NCBI RefSeq assembly: GCF_963506605.1
Contig: NC_083280.1
Location: 42,532,001-42,596,000 of the forward strand
Reading direction: 5' to 3'
From: Zootoca vivipara
Lineage: Eukaryota
DNA length: 64,000 bases
The notes under the pieces are model-generated. The model saw only the letters and a program-made list of their open reading frames with translations. It did no database searches and was not told where the DNA came from. Both the position numbers and the translations under genes were made by a program. Positions 53,366-64,000 of the stretch are shown piece after piece; position 1 is the first letter of the stretch, and each line of letters starts with the position of its first letter.

Positions 53366-54214
53366 CATAATGAAGATAAGGCCAAACTAAATACAAAGAA
53401 TGGGTAACAAACAACAGGTATCCTCCCCTACCCAGACAACCGAACAGAACTAATAATCCAGGACAGCAATTGACACCAGAATACCAGCTACTAAAGCCTT
53501 TAACTGGACAAAGCTATGCTGGCCTCTGGAAACAGCCAACCGATACACTCCAAGATAACTTTACCCAATTACAACAAAACACCTCAACATGTCAAGCAGT
53601 ACTGTGCCTCCTCATTGGGCAAGAAGGGCTAAAGCTTCTAGCTTTATATTTTGTATTATTCCCCAATAACCATAGTATTACACTGACAGCAACACTATGA
53701 AACAAACATTGGAACTGTGAGATGCTAAAGAGCAAGACCGTACCTGTTTATATTATATTTACAATAATAAAACTGGTTTTATTAAGAATAAGGCCTACAC
53801 TTGGCTGTTCATCACAGGGGAGAAGGGCACAGCTGACAGATCAGCTGTACTTTATGGGTTATACTGAGCACTGTCCTTTGGCCACTCCAAAGAAGGGGGA
53901 GTGCAAGCAATAGCAGAACTGAGGAAAGGTGAGGAGGTAGAGATTAGAGGGCACCTACTAGCAGGCAGGAGTGTCTTGGAACAAAGAAAGACCACCCTAC
54001 ACTTCAGAGAACTGGTCACGGATGTGGCAAAGGCATACACACTATTCTACCATCATCTTCTTAACCTTACCTATGATACTAATTCTTAAACTTGTTTAGC
54101 GCTGCGCTTTCAAGTGTTCAGGGCACTTCACATGCATTATTGCGATCCTTGTAAAGTCAGTCAAAGGCCAGCTAGCGAGTTCCCAGCTGAGACTCCCCGG
54201 CCCGTGTTATCTTA

Positions 54215-55250
<1,036 letters not shown>

Positions 55251-55447
55251 AGCACAGCCCACATGGCACACTGCATAATAACATTTAATTGTAAGGGTCG
55301 CCTTTCATTGTGCTGAAAGGATCTCGTCCGTCCCACTCCTCCATTGCAAAGCCACGCCCACGTGCACTGCACTGACCATCCCTCAGCGGTCTGTTAACTC
55401 CTTTCACTGCATTGTCACCATCCGTGACTTTTTTAAAAAAGCACACG

Positions 55448-55536
55448 CATAGCTGTCAAGTTTTCCCTTTTCTCGCGAGGAAGCCTATTCAGCATAAGGG
55501 AATTCCCCTTAAAAAAGGGAGAACTTGACAGCTAAG
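55448..55536. mobile_element. Small hAT MITE upstream of the PI4K2A promoter
   Basis: TIR TAGCTGTCAAGTTTTCCCTTTT / AAAAGGGAGAACTTGACAGCTA; perfect 8-bp TSD AGCACACG. Confidence 0.85.
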
Positions 55537-56039
55537 AGCACACGGAGAAAGGTTTTCCATATCGGGTGCTCTCACTGTAAGACTCTTAGTAACCTGTCCA
55601 TTCAACAGAGAGAACAATGCACATCCCACTGTATGCACTATAAACGACCCTGTCACTCCAGTAGTCCCAGGTGGACTGCACAGATCCTGGGAGATTTGTC
55701 GTGTTGACTTGCAGCAAAACAAACAAACAAAACCCAGCAATTTCTTATGGCCTTTGAAGACAAACAGATTTATAAATCCTGGTAGGCAGCAAAGGGGTAC
55801 TTTTAAGTCATGTGGAAACTCATTCAAACCTTGCAAACCATCTTCACAATGGGAAGCTGAATGGATGCATAAAAATAGTATTGCATCATCTGTATATTCA
55901 TGGTCTCTGTGAATTCACCCAGCTCACTTTTTTCAGATGTACAATAGACAAATGACAAACTCCAATTGTAAGGCTGGAGCAGCTGTAAGAATTTGTCCTC
56001 CTGACCCGTTGGAGTAGTCCCTTGGGTCACCTGACTGTT

Positions 56040-56580
56040 GTAATCCTCTGTAATACACATCACTTGGGAAGACAGACGAACTAATATCAGTGTACTGGAA
56101 GAAGCAAAGATCACCAGTGTTGAAGCAATGATTCTTTAACATCAACTTCGTTGGACTGGTTAGGTTGTGCGGATTCCTGATGATCGTCTTCCAAAGCAAC
56201 TACTCTATTCTGAACTTAAAAATGGAAAGTGTAATGCTGGTGGTCAACAAAATAGGTTTAAAGACTGTCTCAAGGCAAATCTAAACAAATGTAGTATAAA
56301 CACTGACAACTGGGAAATACTGGCCTGCGAGCGCTCCAGTTGGAGAACAGCCTTTACCAAAGGCGTCATGGGCTTTGAAGACGCTCGAACTCAGGATGTA
56401 AGGGAGAAACATGCTAGGAGGAAGGCACACTTGGCAAATCCACACCATGATCAACTCCCACCCGGAAACCAATGTATGGATCCAGAATTGGCCTCCACAG
56501 TCACTTACGGACTCATTGTTAAAACTGTGTTTATGGAAGACAATTTTACTTGGCTACGAGTGATCGCCAAATAAGTAGTA
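56040..56580 (+). mobile_element. RTE-clade LINE 3' fragment
   Basis: Disrupted C-terminal RT region: ITWEDRRTNISVLEEA...QLRWTG...RLPKQLLYSELKNG...GGQQNRFKDCLK. Confidence 0.85.
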
Positions 56581-58699
56581 ATCCTTTGCTGCCCTTCCTG
56601 TTTTAAGATATTCTAAAGTTGAGAGAATGGCAAAGTGGATCATTTTAACAATGACACCTGCCATTCTGAAATGTTGGGAAAGAATGGCCATCGCCATCTG
56701 CCAAACACATTTGAACCACCACCATCTGGGGAGGTATAAACTGCCTATACTGTCAAAGGCAGTATGCTTCCCAATACCAGTTACTGGACACTGCAGGTGG
56801 AGGGAGTGCTGTTGCGCTCGGGTCCTGCTTGCAGGCTTCCCATAGGCAACTGGTTGCCCACTGTGAGAACAAGATCAGGTTGGCCTGATCCAGCAGATTC
56901 TTCTTAATGTTTTTCTGATGTTTAAACACGAAGATGGAATGGCTGCATCTTTTAAAAAGAAAAACAGGGCTTTTGTACAGTTTGGATGCCTTTGCATAAG
57001 TATGTAGTCTGCTGACTTCTCAACAATCTGTGTTGATTTGACATTACAACAATCCAGTTATGGGCTGTATACTGCTCTTCTCGCCCTCTCTTTTTCTCTT
57101 TGTGTGAACAATAGAGCAAGAGTGGTGGTGTATCAAGCTGTTCTTCGGAGAAAGTGTGAAAAGATAGAGCCTTTGCGTTCTAATTATCTAAGGTATTTAA
57201 CATTAAAAAAGCTTAGTAACACATGGGGATAGGGTACTGTCATTTATCCTTGTCTGGTTGTATAACTAAAATAAGGAGTTATAGAGTGGATGAAATGTAT
57301 TTTCTTTTACCAAGCTAGGTTGGTTTAGCTATGTGAAAGCTTAACAGCTTCAAATAATTATTCAACTAGCAGTTATTCCAATACTTTGTATCCATTTAAT
57401 ATTTTATTCCTTTTAGCCATTGTGGCCAGCATGGTATCTGTAATGCACTGAACAGAAAAAAGAACTAATCTGGGCAGCACACATTCCATGATTCTAAGTC
57501 TCACACACCCAGCATGGAAAAGCAGGATTTATACAGAGAGCAAAACAAAGTGACTTATTGAATTTGAGATGAATGGGACAGAAGTTTGGTCCCCTTGCTT
57601 ATTCTTACACTACTGGCTGCTCCCTGGATTGTGTGGTACAGACAGAAGTGACCCATAGCTTGTTAGTCTGGCTACCTATACTGTTAATTCTAGGTCAATA
57701 GGAAGCTGAAGATGAGTTTAAGACTTTGATCTCCCACAATGGTATTTGCCTGGCCTGTGGAGTAAGATAAGTTTTCCAGTGGTAACAGATCTCAGTCTCC
57801 TCCAGTACCAGCAATCATAGTAAGTTTCCTTTAGTCCACCTGGTGGGTTGTGACCCACAACTAGGTCATGTCACAACCTAAGGTGGAACACACCAGCAAT
57901 GTCAGCATCTTTTTCCTTTTTTCCCTTTTCCTTTTTTTGCCCTTTTCTTTTTTTAGTCAAATCGTTTTGGAAGAAGAGAAAAAGAAAGAAAGGTTACGTC
58001 AAGAGTGCTGTTGCATTCAGGTCCCGCTTGTGAACTTTGTGTAGGCATCTGGTTGGCTGCTGTAAGAACAGGATGTGAGACTAGATGGCCTGATCCAGCA
58101 CAGCTGTCATTAAGTTCTTACGCTATTGAAAACAAATTTTGTAAGACAGAGAGAGCAAGGGTTGAAATAGGACATATCATCTACTTAACCTTTATAAATT
58201 ACAACAACTGCTTTACTGTCCCCTTTTATGGAATTGCATCAAACATATGAGCTTGAAATTAAATCCTACTTTGCTTTAGTACTAAGAGAGTTGTGGTTTA
58301 TTGTCTGCTGTGGGAGTGGATATTAAGCTCCCACTTGAATAGACAGATCAAGAGTAGCCTACCTGACTTGCAAAAGCAGCACCATACATTTAGAGATGAC
58401 ACATTCCAAGTAAATAAAATTGTGACATAGCATAAAAAAACACCCACCAAACAAACATTTTAAATTATGCCATTCTTTGTTACATTACAATAAACAAATG
58501 ATACACAAACAACATACACTCCCCTGATTTCAGAAATGTCTTTTTCTTTTCAAAGTAGAATCTTCTTCTTCACATTTTCCCTTTTTTAACCATGAATTAT
58601 GTATTTTGAGGACAGCAACAGGAACTTGCCCTCAAAGGAAAGGAGTACAGGAAGGCCTCAATATGGCATCCCGTAGCCTGTGGTAGGAAGGAAAGAGAG

Positions 58700-59700
58700 C
58701 ACTCTTGCCCCTCACAAAGATGGCCGCCCTGTAAAAAATAGAAAAAGGAGGGGGAAACCTTCCCCGCCCTTCACAAAGAAGGCTGCTGTGGGAAGGGCGG
58801 GGGAGCTCAGCAGGGAGGTTGGGCAATGAAGAGGCGCGTTACTGCGGGTTGCCAGGGCAACAGCCAACGGCGTGCGTGGATGGTTCCTGGTGGGCGGTTG
58901 CCCTGGGTAGTGGGTGTGAGGGAAGCCTGGCATAACTGAGGGAGCGAAAGGAGAGGAGGGAGGAGGAGGCGGCCGATGGGGGGAGACCGAAGGGGTGTGG
59001 GGCTGGTGGCAGCTGCGGAGAAGCTCGGAGCGCAGGTGAGGGGCGCGGCCGTCGGGGATGCTGCCCAGAAGGGGTGAGGGGAAGCGGTGCCTGGGCTGGG
59101 AGCCGCCGTGCGGAGGCTACTGGGGTGGGTGGGATACGGGGGCCTTGGGGTGCCGCGGCGGAGGAGAGCGCCGACAAGGGCTGCGTGGCGAAGGGTGGTA
59201 GCGGGGGGCTGCCTGCAGCGGGTGCACGAGGGCCAGCTTGGCCCCGCGACCGTGGGTGCCATGCACTGCGCATGACCCCGGCGCTGAAATTTGTGGGTGC
59301 TTCATGGGGAATTTTGTGGGTGCTGCTCGGGCACCTAGGGCCCTAGGGAGCTTGGTACCTATGATCGGGTGGCAGTAGTAGCAGGAGTGGCACTAGGGGA
59401 TGGGCGTGGCTTCGCCGGGCGGCATGGCGTGACTTCAGCAGCCTGCAAGGACCCGAATTCAGGGGCGAAGCGGTGAGAGTTGTGGGGTTTTGTTTCGTTT
59501 GTTTGGCAATTGTGGTTCTGCACCGTGGTGACTCCGGAGTGTTGAGGCTGCGTGAAAGGCATTTTGCCGCGGCTTGAAGAGCAGGAGCAGAGGCATAATA
59601 GCGACACACTTCTCTCTTTGTAGCTGCCTTTCTGTTTTAATTGACTCATGCCAGGCTCCCGCTGCCCGGTAAGACGACCTGATGGTTACTGCCAAATTCT
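58700..59700 (+). promoter_or_regulatory. CpG-island promoter and non-coding first exon, probably MORN4 (by synteny)
   Basis: CpG/G-rich island; YY1-like AAGATGGCCGCC near 58717; X-box GTTGCCAGGGCAAC at 58848-58861; + strand donor GCGCAG|GTGAGG near 59035. No MORN4 coding exon is visible in the window. Confidence 0.6.
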
Positions 59701-60792
59701 TCTGGTTTCCGAGTGGGTTGGGGTGTCCCTCTTCACAGCTTGAGAAACTGTTACACACGCCTGGTTTGCTGCTGCTGCTGCTGCAGAGCAGCTGGGATCG
59801 CTCTGCTCCAGCAATCTGTTGTAATTGTTTCCAGGGAAGCAACAGTCATCGCGTGGTCCCTTGGAGAGTAGGCGAACCTCATCTCCTCCTCTGTAGCCCT
59901 CTAGCCAGTTGGTCATTAACAAGAAGATTCTGAAGTATATCTTGCTTGCCTTCCAAACGTGAACAGATTAAAGTTGTATTTTCATGAGGATGACTTTTTG
60001 CTCCAGTTGTATTTGTTGGTTTGAGTGTCTTGGTAATTTGTGGTGAAAAGAGTAGCGATTATTTACATCTTGACATCTAATGCACCTTGAACCTCTTATA
60101 TTTTCTTCTGTCTCATGGACTTGTAACAGGTTAACTGCACTATTACATGACTTCAAGTCTAAGGCTAGCCTCAAATCTGGGCTCAGATTGTAGTGATGCT
60201 AGTTTCCCTGCTGTTCTACTACAGCAGCAGTTTGGTAGGTGAGCAGTACCATGTATTGATTTGCTATCATTCACTGTGGACTTTGAAAATAAATTAACCA
60301 TTCTTTATTTCCAGAACTAGGTGCTAATGAACAAGGGAGAGAGTTTAAATATTAATCAAAAGATGCTGTTTGGGAAGTGAACAGTGTCACCTCCTGGTTT
60401 CAGTCTGCATCTGATTCCTTAGGAATTCTTATAGTTCTGGCCAACATGCTGAATGACTATAGTTTTCAACAAATAAGTGGACCTATATGCTACCTATACA
60501 TGCCAAATATATATTTGTTTCATAGAAGGATGACTCTTGGATCTGTGTTGATAATGGTGCTATATTTATAGGTACAGAAAATAACCCCAGGGAATGCTCT
60601 TAAAGTAAGAAAGCAAGGGTCCTGCTGAATCAGTCCAAGGGTCCATCTAGTCTAGCAGCCAGTGCCAAGTTAGGTGCTTCAAAGTAGCCCACACAAACAC
60701 TTCATGATGGTGAAGGTTCTCCTCTGTTGCCCTCCCACCCAGCATATTTTTATTTGTGCTGCTTCACATAAGGCCACTCCAGTACTGAGTTA

Positions 60793-60955
60793 CTGTATTT
60801 TTTGTGTATAAGACTATATTTCCCCCAATTTTTTACGTTTGGAATTGGGGGTCGTCTTATACATTGAATGTTGCAATCATTTATTTCTTAATTTTGGGCT
60901 CAAAAAATAGGGATCGTATTATACATGGGGGCGTCTTATACACGAAAAAATACGG
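60793..60955. mobile_element. Tc/mariner-like MITE
   Basis: TA flanks; TIR CTGTATTTTTTGTGTATAAGAC / GTCTTATACACGAAAAAATACGG. Confidence 0.8.
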
Positions 60956-61938
60956 TATATGGTTGGCATCCCTGGGTGATAGGCAATAAGGTGCAGGGAG
61001 GAGGGCAATGTCATGGGCTAAGCCCTGCAGAGACTGCAAAGGCCTCATCATGAGATCCTTTCATTTATACTCTTCTAGCTGTGTGGGTACCGTAGGACCA
61101 TGGAGGCTGGTCCATTTGGGGCTAATGGGGCACTGCCCCACCAATGTCTATCTGCCCTCAGCCAGGCCCCACCTGCCTGCTTTCCTACTTACCACCAGTC
61201 CAGGGCCATCAGCTTCCTCCTCCCAGGTCTCAGTCTTGCCCCTGTAGTATTCAGCAGGGAGGAGGATGGGGACAAAACTAAAATTAGTTGACTCTAAATT
61301 CCACCTATCTGCTGCCCCTGCTAGGGTAGGGTGTTTCTATTTGGAGAGGCCTGGGTTCTAGCGCTGCAGCATCTCCCTTTTCATCTAAAATCAAACATAA
61401 GTTTTGCTCAATGAAATTAATTGAAAGACCTAATGAAATTAATGAACATGACTAAGTTGAGTCTATTAACTTCAATGTACCTACTCTGAGTAAACCTAAG
61501 TTGAATACCACCCCTACTTGCTGTCTCCCAAAAGGTAGGCATTGATGTCTACCCCAAAAGGTAGGTTGCCTTTATGTCTTCCAGTAATACAAATTGCACA
61601 CATTTCCCGTTTCTCATTGCTTTCCTCTTTCCCACAGAGCTTCCAGGCAGCTCATGTCATTGCCTGCTGTGAGCTCATTGATGTAGTGTACATCCTTCCT
61701 TGCCCAAGGGGCTCCTTTCTCTTTCACTTGCCAGTTGTATGTTCCAATTACAAAGATGCTAATATACAACTGTTTTGTCCATTGTTCTGAATGTTGTCTG
61801 TGTGGAATCCTCAGAGTTATGATTCGGTTGATATTGATAGGCAACACTTTTGATTTAAGACTAGCTCTATACAATATGGAATTCATTGCCACAGGATTCT
61901 ATAATGCCCACTAACTTGCATGCCTCTAAAGAAAGAGA

Positions 61939-62018
61939 AAGGAAGGAAGGAAGGAAGGAAGGAAGGAAGGAAGGAAGGAAGGAAGGAAGGAAGGAAGGTA
62001 GGTAGGTAGGTAGGTAGG
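61939..62018. repeat. Compound (GGAA)n(GGTA)n microsatellite
   Basis: Direct reading. Confidence 0.95.
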
Positions 62019-62099
62019 TTTTGTCTGTTTGGGTTTACAATGTATGATAGCCAGAAGTACAACCTCCAATGTTTCAAAATTTCATGTCTTCCTGAAGGA

Positions 62100-63330
62100 G
62101 GAGGGGTGTAGTTTGGGAATTCTCATAGATCCAGCTCTGTCTCTGGAGGTGCAGGTGTCTGCAGGCCAGTAGTGCCATTCCTGTACCAGGATACCTTGAC
62201 CACAGTTGTCCATGCATTGGTACCGGTAATGTCACAGCTAGATTACTGCAATGCAGTCTATGTGGTGCTACCCTTGGGGTTGCTTCAGAGGCTGCAGTTG
62301 AGGCAGAATGAGACAGCTACCGTGTTTCTCCTAAAATAAGACGTGCCTCTAAAATAAGCCATGGCACGATCTTTTACAAGCAAAAAAATATAAGACATCC
62401 CCCGAAAATAAGACGTCTTGGGGGTACCTACCAGACCCAGCAGGAGCCGGCAAACGCAGCAGCGCGCGCCGCGCTGCACCCCAGCCCAGCGGGAGCCCCA
62501 GCACAGCGACGCACCGAGCTCTGGCTGAACGGGCCCCAGGACCCGGCAGCGGGCGGTGCGCGAAGCCGCAGCAGCCGGCAGGAGCCGGCAGCAGACCCGG
62601 CCGTGCCGCACCGCGTCAAGCCCAGGGACCCAGCAGTGGGCTCAGCGGGCGGCGCGCGAAGCCGCAACAGCCGGCAGGAGCCGGCAGCAGCCCCAGTCAC
62701 GCCGCGCCGCACCGCACCGCGTCAAGCCCAGGGCCCCAGCAGTGGGCTCAGCGGGCGGCGCGCGAAGCCGCAGGAGCCGGCAGCAGCCCCAGCCGCGCCG
62801 CGCCAAGCCCAGGGACCCAGTAGTGGGCTCAGCGGGCGCCGCGCGAAGCCGCAGCAGCCGGCAGGAGCCGGTAGCAGCCCCAGTCGCACCGCGCCGCACC
62901 GCATCAAGCCCAGGGACCCAGCAGTGGGCCCAGCGGGCGGCGCAAGAAAGCCCCGTACCATACTTACCAGTAACAATGCTGTACCATGCTTAATAAAAAA
63001 TAAGACATCCCCCGAAAATAAGCCGCGATGTGTTTTTTTATAGGAAAAATAAATATAAGATAAGACGTGTCTTATTTTAGGAGAAACACGGTAGATTGCT
63101 GGGGCAAAACTACCACCTGCATATAACTCCCTACTTGTGCAATTTGCTTTGGATGCCAGTCTGCTATTGGACTAAGTTCAAGGTATTGCTTCTGATGTAC
63201 AAGGCCTTATGCGGCTCAGGACCAGGTTACTTGAGAAACTGCCTCGTCCCTTATACACCCAGTAGATTGCTGTGGTCTGTGGAAGGTCTTCTGTAGGTCT
63301 TCTGTAAGTTCCAAAGATTTCAGAAGCCTG
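62100..63330 (+). mobile_element. L2 LINE ORF2 remnant, split by a MITE
   Basis: ...LDYCNAVYVVLPLGLLQRLQLRQNETA | RLL...HITPYLCNLLWMPVCYWTKFKVLLLMYKALCGSGPGYL, typical L2 C-terminal motifs. Confidence 0.82.
62320..63091. mobile_element. Tc/mariner-like MITE carrying a GC-rich minisatellite
   Basis: Perfect 23-bp TIR CCGTGTTTCTCCTAAAATAAGAC; TA TSD; subterminal ATAAGAC repeats; internal 81-106-bp tandem units. Confidence 0.9.
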
Positions 63331-63401
63331 CTGCACAGTACTGTAACTCAGATCAGGGATTTCAGTGCTTTGAGATTGTTGTTTAGATGAAGATTAATCA
63401 G

Positions 63402-63458
63402 TGATGATGATGATGATTATGATGATGACAACAACAACAACAACATCATCATCATCAT
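63402..63458. repeat. Compound (GAT)n(CAA)n(CAT)n microsatellite
   Basis: Direct reading; the outer GAT and CAT arms are mutually complementary. Confidence 0.9.
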
Positions 63459-64000
63459 TTTATATCTTTCTTACTTTATTTCATAAAATGTATTCACCAC
63501 TTGACTGCAAAAAAATAAAAAATCCTTAAGGCAGTTTAGAACAACATGGTAATGATTTTATTATTCAGTCCCTCCCCTTCCCTTGATCTGCCCTTGAAAG
63601 CTCCTTGCATTTTTCTCAACTTGTCCTCCTGGACAGAGCCAAGTGTAGATGGATTTGAACAGTAAACTTTCCTTTTGGCTATCCTTGCTTAGCCTGGCAC
63701 AAAGGTTTCTGCCCTTGCCAAGGCATGGAGTTCTAGGCGGGTGCTTGGAATACTAAGCAGGGAATTCAGCATGTAGGTTCTGCTAGTTGCTTTTAGGACC
63801 TGTCAAACAGTAAAGAAATAGGGGAGATGGCATACATAAAAATACCCACTATCCACCTGAATGTAGTAAACATGTAGTACAAAGGGGCCTGGGCACTTTG
63901 CAGTTCTACTAGTCTCTTGCTGATAGTAGGAAGGGGGAGATAGCAGAGTTTAATGCTGAAAACTACCTGAATAAGCCTCTGAGATAGGAAGCACCAGGCT

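Noticed and set aside
56167-56574. 135-aa ORF as a host gene
   Set aside because: It is the C-terminal remnant of an RTE LINE, with stops just upstream.
60530-60571. ATG ACT CTT (MTL...) as the MORN4 start
   Set aside because: It continues GSVLIMVLYL* rather than TKGSFTY and has no MORN repeats.
62285-63043. Repetitive Ala/Arg/Pro-rich ORFs on both strands
   Set aside because: Translations of the GC-rich minisatellite inside the MITE.

Overview
Vertebrate genomic DNA from a squamate, most likely a lacertid lizard: it carries three Sauria/Squam1 SINEs and many lacertid-type MITEs. The window is syntenic to the human 10q24 block. Gene order is SFRP5 (last coding exon only, +), ZFYVE27/protrudin (12 coding exons, -, 415 aa including a 21-nt microexon), MARVELD1 (single-exon CDS, -), AVPI1 (2 coding exons, +), PI4K2A (9 coding exons, -, 484 aa), then a CpG-island promoter and non-coding first exon that by synteny probably belongs to MORN4 (+). 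I read every exon boundary by hand, and the phases join into intact ORFs. Gene names rest on recalled similarity to the human proteins, not on a database search. Nearly all other ORFs in the track are spurious. I found no convincing wholly new protein-coding system. The best leads are regulatory or transposon-related: a conserved neural microexon with its UGC motif next to the FFAT motif, nested transposons (solo LTR inside a hAT MITE, Tc/mariner MITE inside an L2), MITEs carrying CpG-dense cargo, a sense LTR that could cause intronic polyadenylation of ZFYVE27, a CRE at AVPI1, an RFX X-box at the putative MORN4 promoter, and a MITE-delivered kB site near PI4K2A.
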